Origin: an uncultured archaeon
GTDB lineage: Archaea; Thermoproteota; Bathyarchaeia; Bathyarchaeales; Bathycorpusculaceae
Assembly: GCA_963810275.1 (NCBI GenBank)
Contig: CAWENF010000002.1
Coordinates: 32,001 to 96,000, forward strand
Direction of reading: 5' to 3'
Length of the DNA: 64,000 nt
The notes under the pieces were generated by a model. It was not told the DNA's origin. It saw only the letters and a list, made by a program, of their open reading frames with translations, and ran no database searches. The translations under genes were made by a program, and so were the position numbers. Positions 10,361 through 21,102 of the stretch are shown here, one piece after another (the stretch's first letter is position 1; the number at the start of each line of letters is the position of its first letter).

Positions 10361-10835
10361 TTGACTGTTAAGGTTGGCGACAAAGCCCCAGACTTTACGT
10401 TACCCTCACAGATGGGCGACGACGTAACACTAAGCGAGTATATAGGAAAAAAGAACATCGTACTCTACTTCTACCCCAAAGACGAAACGCCCGGCTGCGT
10501 AAAAGAAGCCTGCACCTTCCGCGATGCCTACCAGCAACTTAACAGACTTAGGCGCCGAAGTGCTGGGCATAAGCGGACAAAGCGTGGAGTCCCATGTGGC
10601 GTTTGCATCGCATTATGGGCTGCCGTTTATTTTGCTTGCAGACGTGGATAACAGGGTACGGGAACTCTACGATGTCCCAAAGAGCATGGGGTTGATGCCG
10701 GGACGAGTCACTTACATAATCGATAAGAAGGGTGTTGTTCAGCACATTTTCAATTCACAGACTCACGCGGAGCGACACGCTGAGGAAGCCAAGCAGGCAC
10801 TGGAGGCAATCCAGAAAGAAGAAGTGAAACAATAG
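10361..10835 (+). CDS. bcp: Peroxiredoxin BCP/PrxQ, apparent frameshift near 10541
   Basis: GDKAPDFTL, YFYPKDETPGCVKEAC; second half GAEVLGIS...GRVTYIID. Confidence 0.92.
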
Positions 10836-10844
10836 GGCTCTGGG

Positions 10845-12068
10845 ATGCTTAAGCTCTTCAACACCTTAAGCGGCAAACTGGAACCCTTCAAACCCGCCGA
10901 GCCTCAAAACGTCAAAATGTACACATGCGGCCCCTCCACCTACCAAAGAGCACACATTGGCAACTACCGCACCTTCCTCTACGAAGACGTGCTCCAACGC
11001 TACTTGGAATACCTCGGCTTCAACGTTACACGTGCCATGCCGCTAACCGACGTGGAGGACAAAGCGGTTTTGCAAGCAAAAAAAGAGGGCATATCACTTG
11101 AAGAGTTAACTCAGAAGAACTTGGTGGTGTTCTTTGGCGACTTGAAGCTTTTGCATATCAAGAAGCCCGATTATCCTGTGGCGGCGTCGCAGGCAGTGGA
11201 CCAAGCGGTTATGTTGGTTGAGAGGCTTGTTGAGTCTGGTTATGCTTACTGGCACACGTATCATGGCGTCAGAAACGCATACTTTGCACCTTTGAAATTC
11301 AAAGGCTTTGGCAAACTCTCGCATTTGGATATGAGTAAATGGCCCAAGAAGCCCCGACGGTTCCATAAAGACACATATCCGGGTACACCGTGGAATATAG
11401 GCGACTTCATACTTTGGCACGGCTGTGGCTTAGAGGACACCTGTTTTGAAACCGCTATCGGAAGGGGGCGTCCATCTTGGAACATCCAGGACCCCGCAAT
11501 TGTCACCAAAACGCTGGGTTTTGAAATCGACTTGGCCTGCGGGGGCATCGACAACTTGGTTCGACACCACGACTACAACATAGCCGTAGCCGAAGCGGTT
11601 TCTGGCAAACAGTTTTCTCGGTTTTGGCTGCACGGTGGGCACCTCCTTGTAGATGGAGAAAAGATGAGTAAAAGCAAGGGCAACGTGCTGTACACTGATG
11701 ACGTGCTGAAGCGAGGGTTTAGTGGGGAAGACCTGCGGTTTTTCCTGATTTACGGTTTGTATAGTGAAGAACGCAATTTTACTTTTGAGCGGTTGGCTGA
11801 TGCGAAGCAGCTGCTGGATGAAGTTCGGGGGTTAGTGTCGGATTTAGCAGAAACTAGACCTGTAGGACAAGGGGCTTTTGGGAAAAGCTCGATTGCAGCT
11901 GCCTTCGAGGAGTGCATGAATAATAATTTAGATGTTAAGGACGCTTTTGATACAATAGCTCAAAAAGTCAAAGAAGCCCATCACAAACGTAAGGACATGT
12001 CGGGGCCTGAACTAAAAAATGTGTTAGATGATTTGCGCAGAGTAAACTCTGTGCTACAATGCATTTAA
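10845..12068 (+). CDS. Class I cysteinyl-tRNA synthetase-like ligase, divergent and C-terminally short
   Basis: YTCGPSTY..HIGN, DFILW, GRPSW and KMSKS are present, but WHIEC is WNIQD and HHENE is HHDYN; no anticodon-binding tail. Confidence 0.85.
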   Translation: MLKLFNTLSGKLEPFKPAEPQNVKMYTCGPSTYQRAHIGNYRTFLYEDVLQRYLEYLGFNVTRAMPLTDVEDKAVLQAKKEGISLEELTQKNLVVFFGDLKLLHIKKPDYPVAASQAVDQAVMLVERLVESGYAYWHTYHGVRNAYFAPLKFKGFGKLSHLDMSKWPKKPRRFHKDTYPGTPWNIGDFILWHGCGLEDTCFETAIGRGRPSWNIQDPAIVTKTLGFEIDLACGGIDNLVRHHDYNIAVAEAVSGKQFSRFWLHGGHLLVDGEKMSKSKGNVLYTDDVLKRGFSGEDLRFFLIYGLYSEERNFTFERLADAKQLLDEVRGLVSDLAETRPVGQGAFGKSSIAAAFEECMNNNLDVKDAFDTIAQKVKEAHHKRKDMSGPELKNVLDDLRRVNSVLQCI

Positions 12069-12319
12069 GATAGGTCACCGATGAGTTTGAGGTCAACGAA
12101 TTTCTCGTTGCCATGCGGGGCCATCTCAAGCTCATCAGTGAGGTCTTTACCTGAGCTATGCATGCCCATGTGTTCCCCTTCCATCCAGAAGCTGCTGTCC
12201 GTGACCTCATAGACTTTGCCCTGATATGCAATCCAAGCGGGTTTACCGTCTTGCCCGTTGTTTTTTTCTAGTTCTTCTTTGGTTACCTTTTTTGTTTCTG
12301 CCAAAAACTTCACTTCCAA
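12065..12319 (-). CDS. Cytochrome b5-like heme/steroid-binding protein
   Basis: EELEKNNGQDG.PAWIAYQGKVYEVT...GEHMGMH..GKDLT...APHG. Confidence 0.9.
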   Translation of the reverse strand: MEVKFLAETKKVTKEELEKNNGQDGKPAWIAYQGKVYEVTDSSFWMEGEHMGMHSSGKDLTDELEMAPHGNEKFVDLKLIGDLS

Positions 12320-12383
12320 CTAAAAGTAACTGAGGACTGGCGGAAAATAAATGTTTAGTGATAAAGCGGTTGCTAACCAAGCC

Positions 12384-13481
12384 TTAAGAGTAGATCAGTG
12401 TGGTTAGGTATGTGGCTTGGATGTTGACACTGCCGACGCCATGAACATGGCTGTCGATATGGATGTTGCTTTGTGCAGGGTAGTTTACGGAGTGGATATC
12501 GTCGTTGCTGCCGACAAAGTTGTTTTTATCCACTGATACATCACCTATCCCACTGACTTGGGAAGTGACTTGAGCAGAGACACCACCGTCTATGGTTAAT
12601 CCCACGTTTATGCTTCCTGTTGAGGTGTCGGCTGCTACATCGAGATTGCCGTCAATCGTCTTAGTCTGAGTTATGTCAAGGTTAACTGAGCCTGTGATGG
12701 AATGAAGTGTGATCGTACTGTTTGAAACGATTTTGGTTTGACTCATGCGGTAGTTGACTTCGCCGGTGACGGCGCTGATTGAGATGTTGCCTGCGATAGT
12801 GGTGCCTGGCTCCAGGTTGGCTTGCACTGTGCCTGTTGTGGTTTGCAGATGCAACGACTGGATAGTGGCGGCATTGACCCCTGAAAAGCTGACTTCGCCG
12901 GTAGCGGATGAAATATTGAGGTTTAACTCCAACGCTGGATCCACGTATATCATGCATTGCACCCGAGCACCAGTTATGAAGGGGGCAGCGACTCTAATGG
13001 TTGAATCCACATTTAAAACGTCACCAACAGTGTTATTGGAGAACTCTAAACTAACTGGCCCCGTGTCTTCTGATAGGAGCCCCCGCGTTCCGTTAGCTTG
13101 CAGGTAGATACCGACATTGTTGTCACCTATTTTCTGCGTGAACATGATTACTTTGCCGATGTTTGTGTGGAAGTTAAGGTTGAGGGTTTTAACACCCACA
13201 GTTTTGTCCTCTAATGATTGGTTGGTGTTCCATGAGCCGAAGGGTGCGGCTAAGAACGCCACTGCGACTACTGCTACAACTAAGACTACTACCAAAGCAA
13301 CAGTTACAACCACTATAGGGTCGTTATGCGAAGGTTTGAGGGGTTCATGTTTGGGTTGCGTTGGGTAGTAGACGGGTTGAGCAGGTTGAGAAGCGGCGTA
13401 TGGTGTGACGGGGGTTCCGCATCTATGACAGAACTTGGCGTCGTCTTCTAGTTGGGTTCCACATCGTCGGCAGTATGGCAT
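12384..13481 (-). CDS. Zinc-ribbon + TM + DUF4097-like beta-strand repeat membrane protein
   Basis: CRRCG...AKFCHRCG, one TM helix, repeated xTGxV beta-strand units. Confidence 0.8.
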   Translation of the reverse strand: MPYCRRCGTQLEDDAKFCHRCGTPVTPYAASQPAQPVYYPTQPKHEPLKPSHNDPIVVVTVALVVVLVVAVVAVAFLAAPFGSWNTNQSLEDKTVGVKTLNLNFHTNIGKVIMFTQKIGDNNVGIYLQANGTRGLLSEDTGPVSLEFSNNTVGDVLNVDSTIRVAAPFITGARVQCMIYVDPALELNLNISSATGEVSFSGVNAATIQSLHLQTTTGTVQANLEPGTTIAGNISISAVTGEVNYRMSQTKIVSNSTITLHSITGSVNLDITQTKTIDGNLDVAADTSTGSINVGLTIDGGVSAQVTSQVSGIGDVSVDKNNFVGSNDDIHSVNYPAQSNIHIDSHVHGVGSVNIQATYLTTLIYS

Positions 13482-13662
13482 AGGTTAATCCTCATTTATG
13501 GGTTAGGCGAGATGTGGATTTAAGCATTACCGACGAAGCTACTGATCAATTGCAACCCTTTGAATTAAACCAAACCAAGAATTCTTGAGTTATCGTAGCA
13601 GCAAGTTTTATACCCTAAACCCAACTACTATTAATTACCAACTTTTCTAGAGGAAAATTGTT

Positions 13663-14325
13663 ATGACATATTTTTTTGACCGCAAAGACGCGGGAAAACA
13701 GTTAGCAAAAGCCCTAATTGATTTCCCCACAGAAAATGGGCTGGTCTTGGCAATTCCCCGCGGCGGCGTAGTCGTGGGCTATCAAATCGCAGAAGCCCTA
13801 AACCTCCCCCTCGACGTTATCGTACCGCGCAAACTTGGAGCGCCTGACAACCCCGAACTCGCCATCGGCGCAGTGACAGAGGACGGCACACAGGTCATCG
13901 ATGAAGGCATAATCGCGTATCTAAACGTCAGCAACAGCTTCATTCAAGAGGAGAGCAGGAGGCAAATAGAAGAGATTGGACGCAGACTTCAAGTTTATCG
14001 AAAAGGAATGACGTCGCTGGATTTGAAAGAAAAAGACGTCATCATCGTGGACGACGGCATCGCTACAGGTTCAACTATGAAGGCGGCTTTGGCATCGGTT
14101 CGCAACAGAGGCGCCGCTTCGGTAATCGTGGCCGTCCCCGTCGGTCCACCTTCAACTATCAAAGAGCTCCAAGAGTTAGCTGATCGAGTTGTGTGTCCCT
14201 ACAAGCCCGATTACTTCCAAGCTATAGGGCAATTCTACGAGGACTTCAACCAGACAAGCGACGAAGAAGTTATAGCTCTGTTAAATGCTCGCAGAGTGGA
14301 AATGGGAGGGGTAGCAGCTACATGA
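13663..14325 (+). CDS. Phosphoribosyltransferase (COG1926-like)
   Basis: FFDRKDAG, IPRGG, RKLGAPDNPELAIGAV, PRPP loop IIVDDGIATGST. Confidence 0.9.
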   Translation: MTYFFDRKDAGKQLAKALIDFPTENGLVLAIPRGGVVVGYQIAEALNLPLDVIVPRKLGAPDNPELAIGAVTEDGTQVIDEGIIAYLNVSNSFIQEESRRQIEEIGRRLQVYRKGMTSLDLKEKDVIIVDDGIATGSTMKAALASVRNRGAASVIVAVPVGPPSTIKELQELADRVVCPYKPDYFQAIGQFYEDFNQTSDEEVIALLNARRVEMGGVAAT

Positions 14326-14975
14326 GTACCTCTGAGGTTGAGTTGAGGATTCCTGCGGGAGGCGTCGAGGTTTTTGGTAATCTGTTTTTGCCAGAAGGCT
14401 CTATTGGGCTGGTGGTTTTTGTGCATGGAAGCGGCAGCAGCCGGTTTAGCCCACGCAACCAATACGTGGCTAAGGAGTTTAACAAGGCGGGTTTGGGCAC
14501 GCTGCTTTTTGATTTGCTAACCCAAAAGGAGGAAGAGGTGGATGTAGCAACAGCAGAGTACCGCTTCAACATTCCCCTCTTGGCAGAGCGTTTAATTGGC
14601 GTAACGGAGTGGCTGCGACTGGACCAACAAACTCAGAATTTTAAGCTGGGTTACTTTGGTGCCAGCACGGGAGCTGCCGCGGCTTTAATTGCCGCTGCGA
14701 AGTTGCCCGGCGAGGTTTCTGCGGTGGTTTCTCGCGGGGGACGAGGCGACTTGGCAGGTGAATATCTCTCGCGGGTGGAGGCTCCGACGCTTCTGCTGGT
14801 GGGCGGATGGGATGAAGACGTTATAGAGTTAAACCGCCAAGCCCAGTCGCAAATGAATAGCCAGACCAAGTTGGTGGTGGTTGAGGGCGCAACTCATCTT
14901 TTTGAGGAGCCTGGCAAACTTGAAGAGGTCGCACGATTAAGCATAGAATGGTTCCAAAAATATCTAAAGCAATAA
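14322..14975 (+). CDS. Dienelactone hydrolase-like alpha/beta hydrolase
   Basis: HGSGSSRFSPRN, GYFGASTG, VSRGGR, HLFEEPG; ATGA overlap with the PRT gene. Confidence 0.88.
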   Translation: MSTSEVELRIPAGGVEVFGNLFLPEGSIGLVVFVHGSGSSRFSPRNQYVAKEFNKAGLGTLLFDLLTQKEEEVDVATAEYRFNIPLLAERLIGVTEWLRLDQQTQNFKLGYFGASTGAAAALIAAAKLPGEVSAVVSRGGRGDLAGEYLSRVEAPTLLLVGGWDEDVIELNRQAQSQMNSQTKLVVVEGATHLFEEPGKLEEVARLSIEWFQKYLKQ

Positions 14976-15002
14976 ACGGGAAAAAGGGAACTGCACGGGC
15001 AG

Positions 15003-15857
15003 TTAGAACTTGATGTTTACTGATTTTGAAAAGTGACCAAAAGGCATGCGCACTCGGTCGCCATAAACGCGTTTCAGGATATCGGTGAAGTCGCTGTTTT
15101 CATCCATATTATACTTGAAGGTGCCGTTTGAGGTTTTGATTTCTGCTTCGAACTCGCGGTGTTGGTTGTCGTTATAGTCGTTTTTCAGGTGAATTTTAAT
15201 TTCGTGTACTGTGTTGTTGAGTATGGCAAAGTTTCCGGGGGTCTCAGATAGGATTGTTTCAGGCGGCATATCGAGGTAGCGGTTAATATAGCCAAGGGTG
15301 CCTCTAAGTTGTTCTCCCCATTGTCCAAAGAAGCCTTTACCTTCTGCTTTGGCTTTTTCCTTGGCTTGCATAGCTGCGTCGTTGAGCATTTGAGGAGTCA
15401 TCTGCGCAAAAATCAGGCGCTCCAAGGTCACCACGCCGGTGTAGGTGTCATATCTGCCAAACGATTTTGGTTTTCGAAACAAGATAACGCCAACAGTTGT
15501 TTCTGTGCTATTTCGTGGTTGTGCGATGTAAGATGGGGGGATCTGTGATTGCGGTTGTGACTTGGCTGGAGGCTGATAAGTAGGTGCCGCTACGGCTGGT
15601 GTGTGGCTGGACTGGGCGGTTTGGGTTTGTGAAGAGATTATTGGGAAAGGTGCTTGTGGAATTGTTCTGCCAGTGGGTGGCGAGTAGTAATTTAGGCGAT
15701 CCCGCTCAGGCTGCTGCTCTGAGACTTTTTTGGAGGTGAATTTAGTTTCTTTAAATTTCTCGGGTGCTGGGGTGTCTTTTTTAGCGGTTGTGCCACAGTT
15801 GCCGCAGAATTTAGCGTCGGAATTAAGAGGTGAACCGCAGTTTTCGCAGTAAGACAT
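15003..15857 (-). CDS. Zinc-ribbon domain protein with Pro/Gln-rich linker
   Basis: CENCG...AKFCGNCG N-terminus. Confidence 0.75.
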   Translation of the reverse strand: MSYCENCGSPLNSDAKFCGNCGTTAKKDTPAPEKFKETKFTSKKVSEQQPERDRLNYYSPPTGRTIPQAPFPIISSQTQTAQSSHTPAVAAPTYQPPAKSQPQSQIPPSYIAQPRNSTETTVGVILFRKPKSFGRYDTYTGVVTLERLIFAQMTPQMLNDAAMQAKEKAKAEGKGFFGQWGEQLRGTLGYINRYLDMPPETILSETPGNFAILNNTVHEIKIHLKNDYNDNQHREFEAEIKTSNGTFKYNMDENSDFTDILKRVYGDRVRMPFGHFSKSVNIKF

Positions 15858-15938
15858 ATTTAATCAGCAAGTACAGCGCTGAATAGACTAATAAATCATC
15901 ACAAGAGAATGCGAGATTTTAGGGTTTGCCGTCTGCTT

Positions 15939-16260
15939 TTATAAAAGAGCAAAACAGCTGCTAAACAAGCCATAGACTATGAAGGGTATCACAGACGTTA
16001 AGATGTTTGAGTTGTTGTCAATGCCGTAAACAGATGCACTCTTTGCGGTGGCGGCTAAATCCACTGTGACGATGTGACTACTGTGATAGTAACTAAACGT
16101 TAACACCCAATGGATCCCATGTCAGTTATGCAGAACTGAAGTTGTTTACTGTCAAGTACCACTGAAAAAGATGTGGTCTCATCTACTATGTTTTTGGATA
16201 TAGTGACTTAGGTTTGCCCTGTGCTACCTTTGGGTCCGCTGACAGCGAAGGCGAGGATAT
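15939..16260 (-). pseudogene. Decayed C-terminal domain plus TM anchor of a surface protein
   Basis: Manual translation: LAFAVSGPKGSTGQT*VTISKNIVDETTSFSVVLDSKQLQF, frameshift, WVLTFSYYHSSHIVTVDL...VIPFIVYGLFSSCFALL*. Confidence 0.5.
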
Positions 16261-16284
16261 TTTTGCAAACGCCGCTATTCTGTT

Positions 16285-18301
16285 TTACGGTTTGGTTTGT
16301 TTTTTGGGTAAGGTTATTAGGAATTTTGTGCCTTTGTTAAGTGTGGATTCAAAACAAATAGAGCCACCCTGCGCTTCAACTAGCCGCTTCACCACCGCCA
16401 ACCCTAAGCCTTGACCTTTGGATTTGGTTGTAAACAGCGGAGTAAAGAGGCGGTCTTTAACTTCTTCGGGAATGCCTTTGCCTGTGTCGGCTACGGAAAG
16501 GCAGATAGCACCGTTTTTTTGTGTGCCGGCGATTTCGAGTGCACCGCCGTCTGGCATTGCTTGGATGGAGTTATTGATGAGGTTAGTGAGTGCTCTACGT
16601 GTGAAGGTTGGGTCTACGTAGACTTTTTTGGAGGTATCAACACGAAAAGATAGATGGATTGATCGAGGAACTGTTATGCTTTTAATAACTTCTACAATGA
16701 GGTCTTCTAAATCAACTTGTTGGTATTCTGGGTTGAGTTGGCGGGAGTAGTCCTGCAGGTCTGCAACTATCTTGTTGATGTATGTAATGTTATCTTCTAT
16801 ACTCACTAGGCTTTCGGAGATGTCAATTGTTTCTGTGGTTTGTGGCAGTTTCTGGATGTCGGATTGGATAAGGTATACTTCGCTTATCAGGGCCTGAAGT
16901 GGGTTTCGGATGTCATGTCCTACCATGCCGGCGACTTGACCTATGGCTGCGAGGCGTTCATATTTAAGAAGCTGCTTTGTGCGTTCCTCCACCAATTCTT
17001 CTAGATGCTTGCTGTACTGTTTTAGCATTTCCCGGTTTTGTTTACGCTGGGTGATATCGCGTACACCGCCGATGAATTGTATGGTTTTGCCTGAGTTGTC
17101 TTTGATGGCTTTGGCGGTGTCTTTCACGGTTATGTAGTTACCGTTTTTGTGCAGTATGCGGTATTCAAGGGAGTAGCGGTCTATGTTGGGATCGTTTTTG
17201 GTTTTGGTCCAAGTATCAACCAGCTGCTGGATGTCTTCGGGGTGAATTTTGGTTTGAACCCACGCTGTTGTTGAGCCAACTTCGTCTGGTTCGTATCCTG
17301 CGAGCTGTTTGACGCCGCTTATAAACTTCATGTGATCAGTTGGGATGTCGATTTCGTAAACCATGACGCTGGCGGCTTCCGCGACCAGTCGGAACCGTTC
17401 TTCACTTTTCCTTAGTGCTTCTTCGGCTTGTCTTCGCTCGGTTACGTCTTGGTCTACACCCACTACGGTTTTTGCTTTACCCATAGCATCTTCTTCTCTT
17501 ACCTGACGTTGAGCGTTAAGAATCCGAACTGAACCGTCGGGGCGGATTATGCGATAGTCAAAGTTTTCCAGATGGTTTAACGGTGAATTTAGCATTAACT
17601 GGGCGTTTTTTAATGCGGCATTCGCGGTCGTTTGGGTGAATGAAGCTTAGATATTCTGCCCAAGTGAAGCCTAGGCGCCGAGGTTGTAGACCAAAGATTC
17701 GAAACATCCCAGGAGACCATTTGGCAACAGTCTCTGAAGTTTCAAGTTCCCAGCTTCCAAAATGCGCCACCTCCTCAGCTAACTCAAGAAGTTTAATGGT
17801 TTCAGCGGATATCTGTGTAGCTTGTCTTTGTTCGGTGATGTCTTGGTCTACCCCTACGATTACTTTGAGTTTGCCTTCAGGTGTGAGTTCTTTGATTTGG
17901 CGCTGAGAATGGATTGTTCGAACTGAGCCGTCGTGGCGAACGATGCGGTAATCATGTTCATTTTTCTGGTTTAATTTGGGATTTGCCATGGATGCTGTAA
18001 TTCTTCTAGTAGTGTCGAGCAAGTCGTCAGGGTGAATAAAACTCTTGTATTCCTCTAAAGTTAAGCCTTCGGTTTTGGGTTCTATGTCGAAAATATGAAA
18101 CATCTCTTTTGACCAAATAGCACGAAGCTGTGTGACATCCCACTCCCAGCTTCCAAAATGCGCCACTGCCTCAGCCATCTCCAAAAGCTTTTTACTTTTG
18201 TCTTCCTGCGCAGGTTTGGGGATTGGTATAGTTTTTCGGGAACGAGATCGCTTTTTTGTGGAGAAAACTTTTGTTTGAGAAGTTTTTTCTGGGGCAGTCA
18301 A
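16285..18301 (-). CDS. Multi-PAS sensor histidine kinase, apparent frameshift near 17621
   Basis: PAS_3-type GSWEWD...IHPDD...DYRI repeats, HisKA GHDIRNPLQA, HATPase NSIQAM/DTGKGI/GQGLGL. Confidence 0.9.
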
Positions 18302-18734
18302 CAGTTTTGCCGCATATATAGATGAAACCTGAATAACTAAATAAGACTTTTCAATGCCAGTATGGACCCGTTGACGGATTTTTAAGTTTGCAGGTGTTGA
18401 TTACTTTTTCCGCCTCACTTGCTAAGTAGAATTCTTCAAGTTTTCCATTTTCCAGCAACTGAGGATCCGTTGTTTGATACTTTCTGCATGGAATTGGCGC
18501 GGCGTGAACTAAGCATTTCTAAGCGGCTCTTTGAACAACGGAAAATTTCTGGGCATAACTATCTTTAGGGTCGTCGTAGTCGCCAGCGTTCCTTGACATG
18601 TGAACCAACAAAACCGAACTTTCGCCGTTAGTCTTCGAACACATAACATCAGTCATCAGGCGCATGATAAAAGTAGAAACAACCCAGACAGCAACATGTA
18701 CACTAAAAAACCGATTTTTTCCTAAAATTTAGTA

Positions 18735-19053
18735 GCGATGGACCGCGGCAGTTCGTCGCCTAGACTCCGCCTGGGAACCTCAAACCCTACGCTCTTACCC
18801 GCACCCCCTTGAGCGCGTAACGTCCAAACTTAGGTTGCTCTCTCCCGAGCCTAGCCGGGTTCGCCTGCTAAACAACGAAGATGCTTCCCTACGGAAACAA
18901 CTCGTTGACCGCCAGCCCCAAGGGACGGATAGTCACTGGTTCGGAAATGAAACCCCAAGCGGCCTTTGACGCCTCTGCTGCCGATGTCAGCCCGTCATGT
19001 AGAGGATTTACGGTTGAAATGGACCCCTAACCCACCGCCTAAGATCCATCGCC
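18735..19053 (-). ncRNA. Archaeal SRP (7S) RNA
   Basis: Terminal helix GCGATGGA/TCCATCGC; helix-8 motif GAACCCGGCTAGGCTC-GGGA-GAGAGCAACC; helix 6 TTTCC-GTAG-GGAAG; about 320 nt; upstream TATA and downstream T-tract. Confidence 0.9.
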
Positions 19054-19075
19054 GAACATAGAGAGATATTTCCAA

Positions 19076-19084
19076 CTATAAAAC
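19076..19084 (-). promoter_or_regulatory. TATA box of the SRP RNA gene
   Basis: TTTTATAG about 25 nt upstream of the predicted 5' end. Confidence 0.6.
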
Positions 19085-19108
19085 TTATGCTAAAAAAGTA
19101 GGGTGAAG

Positions 19109-19909
19109 TTAGGGTTTTGTAGCCAACTTCAAGGCTAATGCGGCGGCTTGCAGGTCACTTAGCATGCTAGGCTGGTTTTGGGAAATGATATTTATGAATG
19201 CGGAGCCGACGATGGCGGCGTCAGCCCCTGCCTCAATAACGCGCTTGACATGTTCGGGCTTAGAGATGCCAAAACCCACTGCCAACGGAACCTTGCTCGC
19301 TGTAATTGGTTTTACACGCCTGATTAGCTGCACGGTGGAATCCGCAACGCTACTTTGGGCGCCTGTGACGCCAAAACGCGAAACCAGGTATAAGAAGCCT
19401 GAGGAGGCATTCACGATTTTTTGGAGACGCTCTTCCGAGGTGGCGGGGGACGCAAGAAAAACCGTATCCAAACCAGCCATTTCTGCGGCTTTTCGGTACT
19501 CATCGGCTTCCTCCACAGGCAAGTCGGGTACAATGAATCCGTCTACGCCTGCTGCTTTGGCTTTCTTTAGAAAAGTTAGGACGCCATGGTGGAATACTGG
19601 ATTATAGTATGTCATGACCACAAGTGGGGTATCATGCTGTGCTTTGATTTCTTTTGCGATTTCCAGCACTTTCAGAGGAGTAGTGCCTGCGTTTAGCGCT
19701 CGCAAACTGGCTTCCTGGATGGTTGGTCCATCAGCGATTGGATCAGAGAACGGCAGTCCAAGCTCTAAGATGTCCACGCCACCCCTGATCAATACGTCTG
19801 CCAGTTTGGGTGTGGCTTCGGGTGTGGGGTCGCCTGCGGTTAAGTAACCAATCAACAAACCTTCGCCTTTTGCTTTGGAATTTTGAAATTTCTCTTTAAT
19901 GATGCTCAT
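19109..19909 (-). CDS. trpA: Tryptophan synthase alpha chain
   Basis: [34 protein letters not shown]; the start MSIIKEK overlaps the trpB stop. Confidence 0.96.
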   Translation of the reverse strand: MSIIKEKFQNSKAKGEGLLIGYLTAGDPTPEATPKLADVLIRGGVDILELGLPFSDPIADGPTIQEASLRALNAGTTPLKVLEIAKEIKAQHDTPLVVMTYYNPVFHHGVLTFLKKAKAAGVDGFIVPDLPVEEADEYRKAAEMAGLDTVFLASPATSEERLQKIVNASSGFLYLVSRFGVTGAQSSVADSTVQLIRRVKPITASKVPLAVGFGISKPEHVKRVIEAGADAAIVGSAFINIISQNQPSMLSDLQAAALALKLATKP

Positions 19910-21102
19910 ATCTTTGCCCCTATGTATTTGGCTATTGTCTCCACGTCTTTGTCTCCTCTGCCTGAAAGGTTGACTACTATTGATTGGTCTTTTCGCATCT
20001 GCGGCGCAAGCTTGATGGCGAAAGCTACTGCATGTGATGACTCCAATGCAGGCAAAATGCCCTCCGTTTTGCATAGCGTAAGGAATGCGTCTACGGCTTC
20101 TTTGTCGTCTGCGTAGGTGTACTCCGCGCGCTTGATACTTCTGAGGAATGAGTGTTCGGGTCCGACGCCGGGGTAGTCTAAGCCGGCGGAGATGCTGGTG
20201 GTATTTTCGATTTGTCCGTTGCTGTCTTGGAGGATGTAAGTGAACATACCGTGAAAAATGCCTTCCTCGCCTGCCGCTAAAGTGGCTGCATGATGACCGC
20301 TCTGGATGCCTTCGCCTGCCGCTTCCACGCCGTACAGCTTGACGGATGCGTCATCTTCGAATGGGTAGAATGTGCCCATGGCATTGCTGCCGCCTCCCAC
20401 ACAAGCGACGAGTGCGTCGGGTAAGCAGCCGGTTTTCTGTTGGAATTGTTGCTTGATTTCTCGGCCAATCACACTTTGGAAGTCCCGCACCATCATCGGA
20501 TAGGGATGTGGCCCCATCGTTGATCCAATAAGGTAGTAGGTGGACTCTAAATTTGTCACCCAGTCTCGGAATGCCTCGTTAATGCTGTCCTTGAGCGTTT
20601 TTGAGCCGGACTCAACGGAGTGCACTTCAGCGTCCATAAGCTTCATGCGGAAAACGTTTAGACGTTGCCTCTCACAGTCTTCAGTGCCCATAAACACAAT
20701 TGCCTTCAAACCCAACGCAGCACATGCGATAGCTGTGGCGACTCCATGTTGTCCCGCGCCAGTTTCGGCAATTACGCGGCTCTTACCCATTCGCTTCGCT
20801 AGGAGTGCCTGTCCGATGGTGTTGTTGATTTTGTGTGCGCCACCGTGTGCTAGGTCTTCGCGTTTTAGGTAGATTTTTGCACCTCCCAACTTTTTGGTTA
20901 GGTTCTCAGCGTAATATAGCGGAGTGGGTCTGCCGACAAAGTCGGCAAGGTAATAGTCCAGCTTACGCTGAAACTCGGGGTCAGCTTTCGCCTCTGCATA
21001 CGCTTTTTCAAGCTGGGTGATTGCTTCCATCAAAATCTCAGGTACAAAGCGCCCGCCGTACTTGCCGTATTTGCCGTCTAATGGGTAGGCTTTTAGGTTC
21101 AT
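19906..21102 (-). CDS. trpB: Tryptophan synthase beta chain (TrpB1)
   Basis: [44 protein letters not shown]. Confidence 0.97.
   Translation of the reverse strand: MNLKAYPLDGKYGKYGGRFVPEILMEAITQLEKAYAEAKADPEFQRKLDYYLADFVGRPTPLYYAENLTKKLGGAKIYLKREDLAHGGAHKINNTIGQALLAKRMGKSRVIAETGAGQHGVATAIACAALGLKAIVFMGTEDCERQRLNVFRMKLMDAEVHSVESGSKTLKDSINEAFRDWVTNLESTYYLIGSTMGPHPYPMMVRDFQSVIGREIKQQFQQKTGCLPDALVACVGGGSNAMGTFYPFEDDASVKLYGVEAAGEGIQSGHHAATLAAGEEGIFHGMFTYILQDSNGQIENTTSISAGLDYPGVGPEHSFLRSIKRAEYTYADDKEAVDAFLTLCKTEGILPALESSHAVAFAIKLAPQMRKDQSIVVNLSGRGDKDVETIAKYIGAKI

Noticed and set aside
18310-18720. Possible small ORF or ncRNA between SRP RNA and the PAS kinase
   Set aside because: No convincing ORF, motif or structure found by eye.
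18735-19053. MITE or IS suggested by the terminal inverted repeat GCGATGGA...TCCATCGC
   Set aside because: Internal helix 6 and helix 8 motifs and the promoter identify it as SRP RNA.
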